NCBI GenBank assembly: GCA_963721525.1 | Contig: CAVRJL010000011.1 | Span: 1 to 46,447 of the forward strand | Source: an uncultured Negativicutes bacterium | Lineage (GTDB): Bacteria > Bacillota > Negativicutes > JBAXTZ01 | Reading direction: 5' to 3' | DNA length: 46,447 bases | In this document: piece after piece, positions 20,059 through 30,271 of the stretch | Layout of the letters: each line of letters begins with the position of its first letter | Position numbering within the stretch: the first letter of the stretch is position 1 | Notes under the pieces: model-generated | Database searches by the model: none | Seen by the model: the letters and a program-made list of their open reading frames with translations, nothing else | What the model was told of the DNA's origin: nothing | Translations under genes and position numbers: made by a program

Positions 20059-20640
20059 TCATCGTAATTTATCTAATTTTATATTTAGTTTTAATACATT
20101 TATTCTATCTACTCCTAAAACACCAAATTGCCTTTTTTCAATATTATTTTGGATAAGTTTTTTTATAACTTTTTCATCTATATGTCTCTCTTGTGCTATA
20201 CGTATTACCTGCGCAAACGCCGTTGAGGGGAGTATATGTGCATCTAAGCCACTTGCCGATGATAAAATTAAATCTGTAGGAACTAATTCTCTACGAAGTT
20301 CTGGATTTTCTTGCCTAAATTGTTTTATTCGTTTTAAAATAGTATTTTTTAACATGACATTTGTTGGGCCTAGATTAGAAGCTCCAGATTTTGTTGCATT
20401 GTATCCTTCTCCTGCATAAGATGGTCTGGAATGAAAATATTTTTTAGAAAAAAACTGTTGACCTATTAACTCAGAACCAACTATTTTATTATGCTCTTTA
20501 ATAAGAGAACCATTTGATTGCTTTGGAAATATGTAGTTAACAGCACTAGTAAAACTTAAAGGATATATAATACCCGTTAATAAAGTAAATATTACTAGCA
20601 TACGAAAAGAATTTAAAATACTTTGTATAAGACTATGCAT
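20059..20640 (-). CDS. kdpC: K+-transporting ATPase subunit C
   Basis: GSELIGQ, YFHSRPS, SGASNLGP, SASGLD and INVLKLN motifs. Confidence 0.96.
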   Translation of the reverse strand: MHSLIQSILNSFRMLVIFTLLTGIIYPLSFTSAVNYIFPKQSNGSLIKEHNKIVGSELIGQQFFSKKYFHSRPSYAGEGYNATKSGASNLGPTNVMLKNTILKRIKQFRQENPELRRELVPTDLILSSASGLDAHILPSTAFAQVIRIAQERHIDEKVIKKLIQNNIEKRQFGVLGVDRINVLKLNIKLDKLR

Positions 20641-20653
20641 ATTAATTTCACCT

Positions 20654-22684
20654 TTATATTAATTTTAGGAAAATCAAAATTATATCTATAATTTTTATAC
20701 TAATAAAAGGCACCAATAATCCACTCAATCCATATAATAAAAGATTACGCTTTAATAGAGCCTGAGCTCCTATAGGCCTATACTGTATTCCCTTTAAGGC
20801 CAAAGGAATTAATCCTACTATTATCAGAGCATTAAATATTACTGCACTTAAAATAGCGCTTTGAGATGTAGATAAATTCATTATATTCAAAAATTTCATT
20901 TGTGGATAAGTATTCATAAACATAGCAGGTAATATAGCAAAATATTTTGCTATATCATTTGCTATGCTAAATGTTGTTAAAGCTCCTCTTGTCATTAAAA
21001 GCTGCTTCCCTATTTCTACTATTTCGATGAGTTTTGTAGGATTAGAGTCTAAATCTATCATATTGCCTGCTTCTTTTGCAGATTGGGTGCCGGTGTTCAT
21101 AGAAACCCCTACATCTGCCTGGGCAAGAGCAGGAGCATCGTTAGTACCATCTCCTGTCATTGCAACCAATAATCCTTTCGCTTGGTATTCTCTAATCATT
21201 TTTAATTTAGCTTCAGGTGTAGCTTCTGATAAAAAGTCATCTACTCCTGCTTCTGCAGCTATGGCTGCTGCTGTTAAAGGATTATCTCCAGTTATCATTA
21301 CAGTTTTTATTCCCATTTTTCTGAGTTCCCGAAACCTTTCTCTAATTCCACCTTTTACTATATCTTTTAAGCAAGTTGCTCCAAACACTTTATTATCTTT
21401 TGCCACTACTAACGGAGTTGCTCCAGTTTTTGCTATCTCCTCACAAGCATGTTCTATTTCTTCTGGGAATATACCTCCTTTTTCAATAACATATTTTTTC
21501 ATGATATCAACCGCACCCTTACGAATTTCGCTCTCCCTAATATTTACTCCACTCATACGAGTATGTGCTGTAAAAGGTATAAATTGCGCTCCAAGAGCAT
21601 GCAAATCTCTTTCTCTTAAATCGTATAGTTGTTTAGCAAGAACTACTATACTTCTTCCTTCAGGAGTTTCATCAGCAATTGATGATAACTGAGTAATATC
21701 GGCCATTTCTTCTTCACTAACTCCAGGAGCAGATATGAATTCAGTAGCCATACGATTTCCTAATGTAATTGTTCCAGTTTTATCTAGTAATAAAACATTT
21801 ACATCTCCTGCCGCTTCTACCGCTCTTCCAGACATTGCTAAAACATTTCTTTTTAGCAATCTATCCATACCAGCTATACCTATTGCTGATAATAACCCTC
21901 CTATCGTAGTAGGAATTAAACAAACCAACAATGCTGTTAAAACAGTAATTGGTTGTATTATCCCAGAATATATAGCAAAAGGTTCTAATGTCACTACTGT
22001 AACTATAAAACTAATTGTTAAACCTGTTAATAATATAGATAAAGCAACTTCGTTAGGCGTTTTTTTTCTTTTTGCTCCTTCTACTAAGGATATCATGCGA
22101 TCAAGAAAAGTTTCTCCGGGATTTGCCGTAATTTCTATTTTTATCCAATCAGATAAAACTCTTGTACCCCCTGTGACAGAAGATTTATCTCCTCCAGATT
22201 CGCGAATAACAGGAGCCGATTCTCCTGTTATTGCACTTTCATCAACTGTTGCCATTCCTTCTATTATTTCTCCATCACTAGGAATAATATCTCCTGCTTC
22301 AATTAATAAAATATCTCCTTTACATAGCTCAGACGAATCAACTATGAAAGTTTTTTCGGCAGTAATTTTTTTTGTTTTAATCTGTGCACGTGTCATTTTT
22401 AAGGCTTGTGCTTGAGCTTTACCACGACCTTCGGCTATAGCTTCAGAAAAATTGGCAAATAATAAAGTAAACCATAGCCATATATTTACCTGAAATTGAA
22501 AATTTAATAATCGTACTCTATCATAAATAATATCTTTAACCATAATCAAGGTTGTAAATATAACTCCTATATATACAACAAACATTACTGGATTTTTCAA
22601 CTGTACTTTAATATTTAATTTATATACTGATTCTTTTAAAGCATTTATAATAAATTTTTTATCAAAATTGTCTTTTTTATGCAT
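20654..22684 (-). CDS. kdpB: K+-transporting P-type ATPase subunit B
   Basis: [24 protein letters not shown] and [13 protein letters not shown] motifs. Confidence 0.98.
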   Translation of the reverse strand: MHKKDNFDKKFIINALKESVYKLNIKVQLKNPVMFVVYIGVIFTTLIMVKDIIYDRVRLLNFQFQVNIWLWFTLLFANFSEAIAEGRGKAQAQALKMTRAQIKTKKITAEKTFIVDSSELCKGDILLIEAGDIIPSDGEIIEGMATVDESAITGESAPVIRESGGDKSSVTGGTRVLSDWIKIEITANPGETFLDRMISLVEGAKRKKTPNEVALSILLTGLTISFIVTVVTLEPFAIYSGIIQPITVLTALLVCLIPTTIGGLLSAIGIAGMDRLLKRNVLAMSGRAVEAAGDVNVLLLDKTGTITLGNRMATEFISAPGVSEEEMADITQLSSIADETPEGRSIVVLAKQLYDLRERDLHALGAQFIPFTAHTRMSGVNIRESEIRKGAVDIMKKYVIEKGGIFPEEIEHACEEIAKTGATPLVVAKDNKVFGATCLKDIVKGGIRERFRELRKMGIKTVMITGDNPLTAAAIAAEAGVDDFLSEATPEAKLKMIREYQAKGLLVAMTGDGTNDAPALAQADVGVSMNTGTQSAKEAGNMIDLDSNPTKLIEIVEIGKQLLMTRGALTTFSIANDIAKYFAILPAMFMNTYPQMKFLNIMNLSTSQSAILSAVIFNALIIVGLIPLALKGIQYRPIGAQALLKRNLLLYGLSGLLVPFISIKIIDIILIFLKLI

Positions 22685-22699
22685 CTTATTCTCCCTTCA

Positions 22700-24403
22700 T
22701 TAACTAGTAGCCTGCAACATTTGTAAATGTTCTATAATAGGTCCAAGAGTTAAAGCTGGCAAAAACGTCAAAGCACCAACAACAATAACGCTTCCTGCTA
22801 ATAACACTGCAAATAACATACCATTTGTTAGAAAAGTACCTGGTCCTGTAGGAGTTTTTTTCTTTTTAATCAATTCTCCAGCAATAACCATAGCAGATAT
22901 AATAATTATAAATCTGCCAATAAGCATACTTACCCCAATGGTCATATTAAAGAATAGAGTATTTACATTTAACCCAGCAAAAGCGCTTCCATTATTTCCA
23001 GTACCTGATGCAAACGCATATAATATTTCGCTTAAACCATGCGGACCACTATTTTTTAAAGATAGTAAATTAAAAGGCATCATAACAGCTATTGCAGAAA
23101 AAGACAATAATGTTATCGATGGAATTAAGATAGCTAAAATTGCCATTTTTATCTCTTTTGATTCAATTTTCTTTCCTAAAAATTCAGGACTTCTACCTAC
23201 CATAAGCCCAACGATAAAGACGGTTATCAAAATATACATAAACATTCCATATAAACCAGACCCAATGCCACCAAAAATAACTTCTCCAACCATAATTTGT
23301 AACAATGCTACAAACCCGCCTATCGGTGTCAAGCTATCATGCATGGTATTAACTGCTCCGCATGATGACGCTGTAGTAACTGTTGTAAATAAGGATGAGC
23401 CCCCTAGACCAAATCTTATTTCTTTACCTTCAAAATTATTCGGTGAAGAAACGCCAAACTTAGTCATTAAAGGATTGCCATAATATTCACTTGCATAATT
23501 TAAAGTAAGCATTAAAAGAAACAACATTAACATCGTTATAAATATAGTAATGCCTTGTTCTTTATCTTTTATCATGAATCCAAAACCAAATACTAATCCA
23601 GCTGGAATTAAAAAAATAGCAAAAGCTTCTAAAAAATTTGTAAGCGGTGTTGGATTTTCAAAAGGATGAGCTGAATTTGCATTAAAAAACCCTCCTCCAT
23701 TTGTTCCAAGTAACTTTATTGCTTCCTGCGATGCAACTGGTCCCATAGCTATTTGTTGAATTTTATTTTCTAAAGTAGTTATAGTTACATATGGAGATAA
23801 GTTTTGTATTACTCCTTGTTGTACAAAAATAAACGCAAATAAAATTGATAAAGGCAATAATAATCTAATTATACCTCTTGTTAAATCAACCCAAAAGTTG
23901 CCCAGATATTCAGTTTCTTTTTTAATAAATGATCTTATAAAAACAATTGCAACGCTTAAACCTGTAGCAGCCGATAAAAAATTTTGTACAGTTAATCCTG
24001 CTATTTGTACAAAATAACTTAGCGCAGTTTCCCCATTATAAGCTTGCCAATCGGTATTTGTCATATAACTAATAGCCGTGTTAAGTGCTAAATGTACTGA
24101 TGTTACATTCGGTAAATGTCTCAAATTTAAAGGTAAATAACTTTGTAATGTTTGCAATATATAAAGAAATAACATTCCGAAACTATTAAAAATAATTAGA
24201 TTTGTAACATAATTTTTCCAATTCATATTTTTTTTTGTATTTATATTCCCAAACTTATATATCAATTTTTCTATAGGTAAATATATTTTATCCACCCAAG
24301 TATTTTTTTCAGAAAAAATTAGCTTTATATATTTACCTAAAAAATATCCAAAAAAAATAAGTAATACCACAAATAAAATAAATTGTATAATATCAATATA
24401 CAT
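22700..24403 (-). CDS. kdpA: K+-transporting ATPase subunit A
   Basis: TNTDWQ, LGTNGGGFF, SCGAVN and NNGSAFAG pore motifs; start placed at the ATG at 24403 behind GGAGG. Confidence 0.97.
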   Translation of the reverse strand: MYIDIIQFILFVVLLIFFGYFLGKYIKLIFSEKNTWVDKIYLPIEKLIYKFGNINTKKNMNWKNYVTNLIIFNSFGMLFLYILQTLQSYLPLNLRHLPNVTSVHLALNTAISYMTNTDWQAYNGETALSYFVQIAGLTVQNFLSAATGLSVAIVFIRSFIKKETEYLGNFWVDLTRGIIRLLLPLSILFAFIFVQQGVIQNLSPYVTITTLENKIQQIAMGPVASQEAIKLLGTNGGGFFNANSAHPFENPTPLTNFLEAFAIFLIPAGLVFGFGFMIKDKEQGITIFITMLMLFLLMLTLNYASEYYGNPLMTKFGVSSPNNFEGKEIRFGLGGSSLFTTVTTASSCGAVNTMHDSLTPIGGFVALLQIMVGEVIFGGIGSGLYGMFMYILITVFIVGLMVGRSPEFLGKKIESKEIKMAILAILIPSITLLSFSAIAVMMPFNLLSLKNSGPHGLSEILYAFASGTGNNGSAFAGLNVNTLFFNMTIGVSMLIGRFIIIISAMVIAGELIKKKKTPTGPGTFLTNGMLFAVLLAGSVIVVGALTFLPALTLGPIIEHLQMLQATS

Positions 24404-24455
24404 CAAAAGACCTCCGGATCTAATAAAATTTACCTCTAAACGCTAATTTTACCAT
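24403..24455 (-). pseudogene. kdpF: kdpF remnant (internal deletion plus frameshift)
   Basis: AAGAGG RBS and ATG at 24455 (MVKLAFRGKFY*); another frame reads LLDPEVF* (cf. KdpF C-terminal LLxPE(K/R)F*), whose TGA overlaps the kdpA ATG (TGATG); only 53 nt, no TM helix. Confidence 0.65.
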
Positions 24456-24497
24456 TTTAAATTCCTCTTTTCTATAAAAATATATCTATATTTTGAT

Positions 24498-24527
24498 ATA
24501 GTATTTTGTTACGTTTCCATAGCAAAA
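24498..24527 (-). promoter_or_regulatory. candidate kdp promoter overlapped by an inverted repeat
   Basis: Minus strand TTGCTA-N16-TACTAT; imperfect inverted repeat TTTTGTTA-N8-TAGCAAAA at 24504..24527. Confidence 0.4.
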
Positions 24528-24596
24528 CATGAAGACAAGGGTGTTTATTGACTAAATTTAATATAATATGTTAATATGACTAATGTGTTATTATGC

Positions 24597-24680
24597 GCGG
24601 TTGTGGCGAAATGGTAGACGCACCATTCTGAGGGGGTGGCGCCTAAAAGCGTGTGGGTTCGAATCTCACCAACCGCACCA
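24597..24680 (+). tRNA. tRNA-Leu(GAG)
   Basis: GCGGTTG/CAACCGC acceptor stem, CCATT-CT-GAG-GG-GGTGG anticodon arm, long variable arm, GTTCGAATC, encoded CCA; upstream TTGACT-N18-TAATAT. Confidence 0.95.
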
Positions 24681-24759
24681 TTTTTTATAATAACTATTAA
24701 GTGGAGACTGTAATCCATATCAATCGAATATACAGATATGGGTAGTTTCATGCTACTAT

Positions 24760-25554
24760 TTAAATGTTTTCAGTTAAATTGAATAATATTATCGCTGAAG
24801 AAATGGCCACATTCAAAGATTCAATATCATTTTTTAAGGGTATTGATATTTCCCTATCAATAATTTTTAATATTTCTTTATTTATTCCTCGACCTTCATT
24901 TCCAAAAATTATACATAAATTATTAGGATTAGTAATTTTTTGAAAATTTTCACCATATCGCTTAGATGTAGTTCCTATAATAGTATATTTATTTTTTTTT
25001 AAGAACTCTAAATCTTTGCTTATATTTTTCGTCTTAAAAAAATTTGCTTTGAAAATGGCACCTGCAGAAGAACGTATAACTTTTGCAGAATATGGGTCAG
25101 AGCAATTTTCATCGTACATAACATATTTAAACCCTGCGGCAATAGCAGTACGTATAATTGCACCAATATTTCCTGGATCTTGTATACTGTTAAAACAAAT
25201 TATTTTATTTGTTAAAAATTTTTGAAGCCCATATTTATGAATAGACATTTTACCAAGTGCTATTAATGATGGGGGCGTTTTTATTGTTGATAATTTCTTT
25301 AAAATATGTTTCGTTGTTTCTATTTTTTCTACATTATTTTTCTCTAAAATATAAATCAACTCTTTTTCTGGGATAGATAGATTTTGTTCACTACATACTA
25401 ATACAGTCTCTAAAGTTAATCCGTTTTTATAAGCTTCATATATGATTTTTTGCCCTTCTGCTAAAAAAAAACCATATTTATCTCTATTCTTTTTTTTATG
25501 CAAAGAAAACATAAATTTTATAAATTTATTATCACTATTTCTTATGGCAAACAT
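24760..25554 (-). CDS. TrmH/SpoU family RNA 2'-O-methyltransferase
   Basis: IQDPGNIGAIIRTA, GNEGRGI and IESLNVAIS SPOUT motifs; usual position after rplT. Confidence 0.92.
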   Translation of the reverse strand: MFAIRNSDNKFIKFMFSLHKKKNRDKYGFFLAEGQKIIYEAYKNGLTLETVLVCSEQNLSIPEKELIYILEKNNVEKIETTKHILKKLSTIKTPPSLIALGKMSIHKYGLQKFLTNKIICFNSIQDPGNIGAIIRTAIAAGFKYVMYDENCSDPYSAKVIRSSAGAIFKANFFKTKNISKDLEFLKKNKYTIIGTTSKRYGENFQKITNPNNLCIIFGNEGRGINKEILKIIDREISIPLKNDIESLNVAISSAIILFNLTENI

Positions 25555-25584
25555 ATAATTCTTTCCTTATTATTTGCTTCTAAA

Positions 25585-25619
25585 TAAATAAAAATTCCGG
25601 CTTAAAAGTCGGAATTTTT
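25585..25619 (-). terminator. terminator-like hairpin after rplT
   Basis: AAAAATTCCGGCTT-AA-AAGTCGGAATTTTT inverted repeat (one mismatch) with T-runs. Confidence 0.65.
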
Positions 25620-25976
25620 TTACTTAAAAATATCTTTGACAGATTCAACAAGTTTAGAAAAAGCTGTCGGATCATTTACTGCCATTTCAGCAAGAACTTT
25701 TCTATTTAGTATAATTCCTGCTATCCTTAAACCATTAATAAATTTGCTATAAGAAATGTCGTTCAATCGAGTAGCAGCATTTATTCTAGTAATCCATAAA
25801 GAACGAAATTCCCCTTTTTTAGCTCTGCGGTCACGCCTTGCATAATAAAGAGCCTTCATGACTGTTTCATTAGCTTTTCTAAATAATTTACTTCTTGTTC
25901 CTCTAAATCCTTTAGCTAATTTTAATATTTTTTTATGTTTAATACGACTAATAGTACCACCTTTTACTCTTGACAT
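25620..25976 (-). CDS. rplT: 50S ribosomal protein L20
   Basis: [30 protein letters not shown] and [10 protein letters not shown] motifs. Confidence 0.98.
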   Translation of the reverse strand: MSRVKGGTISRIKHKKILKLAKGFRGTRSKLFRKANETVMKALYYARRDRRAKKGEFRSLWITRINAATRLNDISYSKFINGLRIAGIILNRKVLAEMAVNDPTAFSKLVESVKDIFK

Positions 25977-26000
25977 TCTGATAACCTCCTTGGGATCAAA

Positions 26001-26201
26001 TTAATTAGCATATGGCAACATTTTTTCTACATTTTTTTGATCTGCAATTGATATAATTTCAATTTTGCGCAAATTACGCTTATGTCCGGGAGATTTTTTT
26101 TCCAATATATGGCGCTTATTGGCTTGCGCATATGTAAATTTACCAGTACCTGTAATTTTAAAACGCTTTGCAGCAGCTCTTCGAGTTTTCATTTTTGGCA
26201 T
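26001..26201 (-). CDS. rpmI: 50S ribosomal protein L35
   Basis: [21 protein letters not shown]...HILEKK...MLPY. Confidence 0.98.
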   Translation of the reverse strand: MPKMKTRRAAAKRFKITGTGKFTYAQANKRHILEKKSPGHKRNLRKIEIISIADQKNVEKMLPYAN

Positions 26202-26247
26202 GTTGTAATTCTCCTTATAAACAATATATATATTCTCTATAAAATAC

Positions 26248-26772
26248 CTATTTTAAGGGGAAAGGAATTAAAATTATTATCATATTACGTCCTTCTAATT
26301 TCGGTTCTTTTTCAACTTTTGCTATATCTTTCATTAATTCAACAATTCGATATAAAATTGCTCGTCCTAATTCTGGGTGACTTAATTGTCTGCCTCGAAA
26401 CATTATAGTACACTTTACTTTATCTCCATTTTGAAGAAATTCTCTTACGTGTCTTGTTTTTGTCTCAAGATCATGTTTCTCTATTCCGGGTCTCATTTTA
26501 ATTTCTTTAACCGTAATAATTTTTTGTTTTTTACGAGTATCTTTTTCTTTTTTTTGCTGTTCATATTTATATTTGCCATAATCCATAATTTTACAAACAG
26601 GTGGCATAGCATTAGCTACTATTTCTACTAAATCTAGGGTTTGCACATTAGCTAATCTAAGGGCCTCTTTAATATTCATAAGACCAAGTTGATCTCCATT
26701 CGAGTTTATTAATCGAATTTCTTGAGCTCGTATTTGCCCATTGATTTTTAATTCTTCATTATTACTATTAAT
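26248..26772 (-). CDS. infC: translation initiation factor IF-3 (ATT start)
   Basis: The frame extends 31 codons upstream of the listed ATG ([13 protein letters not shown]...GDQLG) to an ATT codon 9 nt behind GGAGG; [14 protein letters not shown] and FRGR motifs. Confidence 0.96.
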   Translation of the reverse strand: MNSNNEELKINGQIRAQEIRLINSNGDQLGLMNIKEALRLANVQTLDLVEIVANAMPPVCKIMDYGKYKYEQQKKEKDTRKKQKIITVKEIKMRPGIEKHDLETKTRHVREFLQNGDKVKCTIMFRGRQLSHPELGRAILYRIVELMKDIAKVEKEPKLEGRNMIIILIPFPLK

Positions 26773-26794
26773 AGTTTATTTCCTCCATTTCTTT

Positions 26795-26915
26795 TAAACA
26801 AAAAGCGAACAACAACGTTGTCCGCTCCCGTAAATAGTCAAAAAATTATATTAACCCTAATATTATAAACTATAATTTATAATTAAGGTGAGAAGCGGAC
26901 CGCTTCCACTTTATT
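26795..26915 (-). ncRNA. ribosomal protein L20 leader (cis-regulatory RNA)
   Basis: AGTGGAAGCGGTCCGCTTCTCACCT 5' signature, then an AGCGGACAAC-GTT-GTTGTTCGCT hairpin and TTTT, upstream of infC-rpmI-rplT; boundaries approximate. Confidence 0.85.
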
Positions 26916-26924
26916 TTATATAAA

Positions 26925-26953
26925 ATGTTATAACTTATATTCTAACTTGTCAA
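26925..26953 (-). promoter_or_regulatory. sigma-A promoter of the infC operon
   Basis: TTGACA-N17-TAACAT just upstream of the L20 leader. Confidence 0.75.
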
Positions 26954-27354
26954 TATTAATTAAATATTTATTTAATATCTCCTATCTTCTATCTCCTATC
27001 TAATATTCTACAACACAATGCTTTTATGCATTTGAAATTTAAATCCTATTTTTACTTATAATTATTGGTAATGGAGAAATCCACAATGATTGCGATATAC
27101 CCAAACTCTAATAATGGTAATGTAAATTATTATAGGAATATCTACACATATTTTTTCCCAATTATAATAAGTTATTTTATTCATAATATTATAATCTTTA
27201 AAAACTCTGCAACTTTAACATTATTCCCCACTGTAACAGTTTTAAAATTTTAAGAAGGAAATCAAAATAAGGTACTTGTATATAAAGTTATACTATAATT
27301 ATGATCACATATAAATTTATTTGGTTTACTTAAAATATTATTTATTTTATATTT

Positions 27355-28047
27355 TTATTTGTTTCCTTTATAAGTTTTCTCTTTTTTCAACAAGAAAACT
27401 ATATAACAAAAAACAACGATTAAAATTAAAGCAATTGCACTTTTAACTCCGTTTTCTTTCACGTTTATTATATCGTAACCTAATACTACTTTTATAATTA
27501 TAGGTGGTAACTTTCCTAAAGTAGTAGCTATTAGGAAATCCCTATTACTTATTTTACTGATAGCCGCAACACTAGTAATGATACCTGTAGGAACTAAAGG
27601 AAAGACTCTAGCATAAAATAATATTCGAAAACCATGTTGTGATGAATAATCGTCTGCTTGCTTTAAATACCTACTTTTCTCTAGCCAAGAAGTAATTTTC
27701 CCCCGAAAAAAAAATCGCGCAAAAACAAACATAAAAATTGCTCCACTTACTTCACCAACCCAACTTATTATAACTCCCCAAAAAACACCATAAATCATAG
27801 CTACAGCGCCTTCTAAAAGAATAAAAGGAAAAAATAAGTCAAAAGTAAGCACTACAAACAATAATAATAAAAGACTTAACGTCCAATTACCAAAACTTTT
27901 CAAGTAAAATGCCAAAGATTTTATATCGCCTATCGCTAAACATATGAATATTTTTTTGAAAAATTCAGGGTACGAATAATAAATTAATAAAGAAAAAAAA
28001 ATAATTACCAGCCATATTAAAATTTTATTTTTATATTTTATAATCAT
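27355..28047 (-). CDS. TVP38/TMEM64 (VTT/DedA superfamily) membrane protein
   Basis: YGVFWGVIISWVGEVSGA, FARFFFR, ARVFPLVP and DFLIATTLGKLP motifs. Confidence 0.88.
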   Translation of the reverse strand: MIIKYKNKILIWLVIIFFSLLIYYSYPEFFKKIFICLAIGDIKSLAFYLKSFGNWTLSLLLLLFVVLTFDLFFPFILLEGAVAMIYGVFWGVIISWVGEVSGAIFMFVFARFFFRGKITSWLEKSRYLKQADDYSSQHGFRILFYARVFPLVPTGIITSVAAISKISNRDFLIATTLGKLPPIIIKVVLGYDIINVKENGVKSAIALILIVVFCYIVFLLKKEKTYKGNK

Positions 28048-28092
28048 TATCGATTATTTTACCAATATATTTTATAAAGCGCAATTAGGAAA

Positions 28093-30120
28093 TTACGTTT
28101 CTAAAATTTGTGGTAGATTGCTAGTTGAAAACTTTTTTTTTATATACTCTTTTATCAAATTTTGATTTCTCTGTTCAAAAATATTTTTTACCCGTAACAT
28201 TATTCGGCAATCTGATACTAAATCACCAATTTTTAAATCATTCACCCCATGTTGTTTAAATCCAAAAAATTGCCCACTTTTTCTTATTTTTAAATCCTCT
28301 TCTGCAATAAAAAATCCATCTGTATTATTTACAAAAGTATTCAATCTTTCTTTTGTTTGATAGTTATTAACATCATCAATTAAAATACAATACGATTGAT
28401 AATTGCTTCTTCCAACACGTCCACGTAATTGATGCAATTGAGCTAAACCAAACCTGGATGCTCCTTCTATAATAATTAGCGAAACATTAGGAATATCCAC
28501 TCCTACTTCTATAACAGTTGTCGTTATCATGACATCAGCCTGTTTTTTTATAAACTCATTCATTATTTTTATTTTTTCATCTTGTTTTAATTGACTATGC
28601 ATTAAAACACATTTTACTTTATTAAAATAAGTTTTTGTTAATTCATAAAATAGATTAACCGCTGATATTGTTCGTAATTTTTTTGATTCCTTAACTAAAG
28701 GGCAAACTATATAAATTTGTCTACCTTTTTTTATTTCATTAATAGCAAAAGTATATATTAAGTCCCTTTTAGATCTATCTCTTAAAAACGTTTTTACTTT
28801 AAGTCTGCCAGGAGGAATTTCATTAATTATACTTATATCTAGGCCTCCATATATTGTTAAAGCCAAAGTTCTAGGTATAGGTGTAGCGGTTGTTATCAAC
28901 ATATGAGGATTTTGACCTTTAGCCTTTAACATTGATCTTTGCTTAATTCCAAAACGATGTTGTTCATCTGTAACTACTAAACTTAAACTATTAAATTCCA
29001 CATTTTCTTGCAATAAAGAATGAGTTCCAATAACTACTTTTATCTTATTATTTTTAATATCTTCTATTATTTGGTTTTTTCTTTTTTTTGGAATTTTTCT
29101 TCGAAGTAATTCACATTTTATACCTAAAGAAAGAAAATATTTATTTATTGTTTCATAATGTTGTATAGCAAGTATTTCAGTTGGCACCATTAAAGCGCTT
29201 TGATAGTTATTTTCAGCAGTCCTTAGAATAGCCATAGTAATAATTGCCGTTTTTCCTGAACCAACATCTCCCTGCAATAACCTTTTCATCGGCTTTGAAG
29301 AATTTAAGTCGTTTTCAATCTCTCTCCAAACAAAATTTTGCGCATTTGTTAATTTAAAAGGAAATTGTGCTAACAATTTTTTAACTTTACCTTTATCAGC
29401 CAAAATAAATTTTGTTCTTTTTTGTTGATAAATTTCTCGCTCTTGCATGATTAAAGTTTGTAAAGTAAAAAATTCCTCAAATACTAATCTATATCTCGCT
29501 TTATATAATAAATCAAAATTTTTAGGAAAGTGGATATAATTTAATGCCTCTTTATAATCCATTAATTTTTCGTTTCTAACTATTGTCATAGGCAAATAAG
29601 AATTCAACACAGTATTTTTCAAAGTATTAGATATCAAAAATCGTATTTGTTTTTGCTTGATTTCTCCTGTTAAACGATATACAGGTGTTATAATAAAAAT
29701 TGAGTTATCCTGATCGTCGTCAATAATTTCAAACTCTGGACTATGTATACTCAAGCCAAATCTATTAATTTCTATTTTCCCATATATAGCTAAAACCTGA
29801 TTAGGTTTTAACTGTTTTTCTCTAAACGATTGATTAAACCAAATTAAATTGATATAGCCATTACCATCTGAAACTACTACTTTAGTTATTTGCATTTTTG
29901 GTTTAATATTAATAGTTTTTATAGAAAATACTTTACCCAAAAAAGATTGCATTTTATACGGTTCTAAATCTTTTATTTCTTTTTTTTCTCTACGATCTTC
30001 ATATCGTATAGGAAAATATTCAAGTAAATCTAAAATAGTAAAAATATTGAGTTTGTTAAAAATTGAGGCACATTTTTCACCAACTCCACTAAGGTAACGT
30101 ATCGAATCATTAATAACCAA
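28093..30120 (-). CDS. recG: ATP-dependent DNA helicase RecG
   Basis: RLLQGDVGSGKT, PTEILA, DEQHRFG, TATPIPRTLA and QLHQLRGRVGR motifs; N-terminal wedge domain. Confidence 0.97.
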   Translation of the reverse strand: MVINDSIRYLSGVGEKCASIFNKLNIFTILDLLEYFPIRYEDRREKKEIKDLEPYKMQSFLGKVFSIKTINIKPKMQITKVVVSDGNGYINLIWFNQSFREKQLKPNQVLAIYGKIEINRFGLSIHSPEFEIIDDDQDNSIFIITPVYRLTGEIKQKQIRFLISNTLKNTVLNSYLPMTIVRNEKLMDYKEALNYIHFPKNFDLLYKARYRLVFEEFFTLQTLIMQEREIYQQKRTKFILADKGKVKKLLAQFPFKLTNAQNFVWREIENDLNSSKPMKRLLQGDVGSGKTAIITMAILRTAENNYQSALMVPTEILAIQHYETINKYFLSLGIKCELLRRKIPKKRKNQIIEDIKNNKIKVVIGTHSLLQENVEFNSLSLVVTDEQHRFGIKQRSMLKAKGQNPHMLITTATPIPRTLALTIYGGLDISIINEIPPGRLKVKTFLRDRSKRDLIYTFAINEIKKGRQIYIVCPLVKESKKLRTISAVNLFYELTKTYFNKVKCVLMHSQLKQDEKIKIMNEFIKKQADVMITTTVIEVGVDIPNVSLIIIEGASRFGLAQLHQLRGRVGRSNYQSYCILIDDVNNYQTKERLNTFVNNTDGFFIAEEDLKIRKSGQFFGFKQHGVNDLKIGDLVSDCRIMLRVKNIFEQRNQNLIKEYIKKKFSTSNLPQILET

Positions 30121-30271
30121 TTATTGTTTATTTCTCCTTTTATGATACACTCTACAACAACTATAATAATATTATTAAATATTTGTTGTGAATACAAATA
30201 TTTAATAATATAATAACTATATTGTGATTTTTTTAAATTTTTCAATTATAAATTAATAGGAGGATATATAA

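Noticed and set aside
20901-20909. Perfect DnaA box (TGTGGATAA)
   Set aside because: Single copy inside the kdpB coding sequence; no cluster or dnaA context, so no evidence for oriC.
20964-23483. Long + strand ORFs (242, 226 and 181 aa) opposite kdpB and kdpA, and similar short antisense ORFs elsewhere
   Set aside because: They are codon-register shadows of well-conserved genes on the other strand, with no motifs or RBS.
17319-24680. kdp operon as a tRNA-Leu-anchored integrative element
   Set aside because: The operon lies on the 5' side of the tRNA, and I saw no integrase, no duplicated tRNA 3' end and no compositional shift.
24545-24751. 68-aa ORF on the minus strand
   Set aside because: It is antisense to tRNA-Leu(GAG) and has no protein features.
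27065-27253. 62-aa + strand ORF (and 10408..10593, 30030..30245) as real small proteins
   Set aside because: Low-complexity AT-rich translations with no RBS or recognisable motif; expected by chance.
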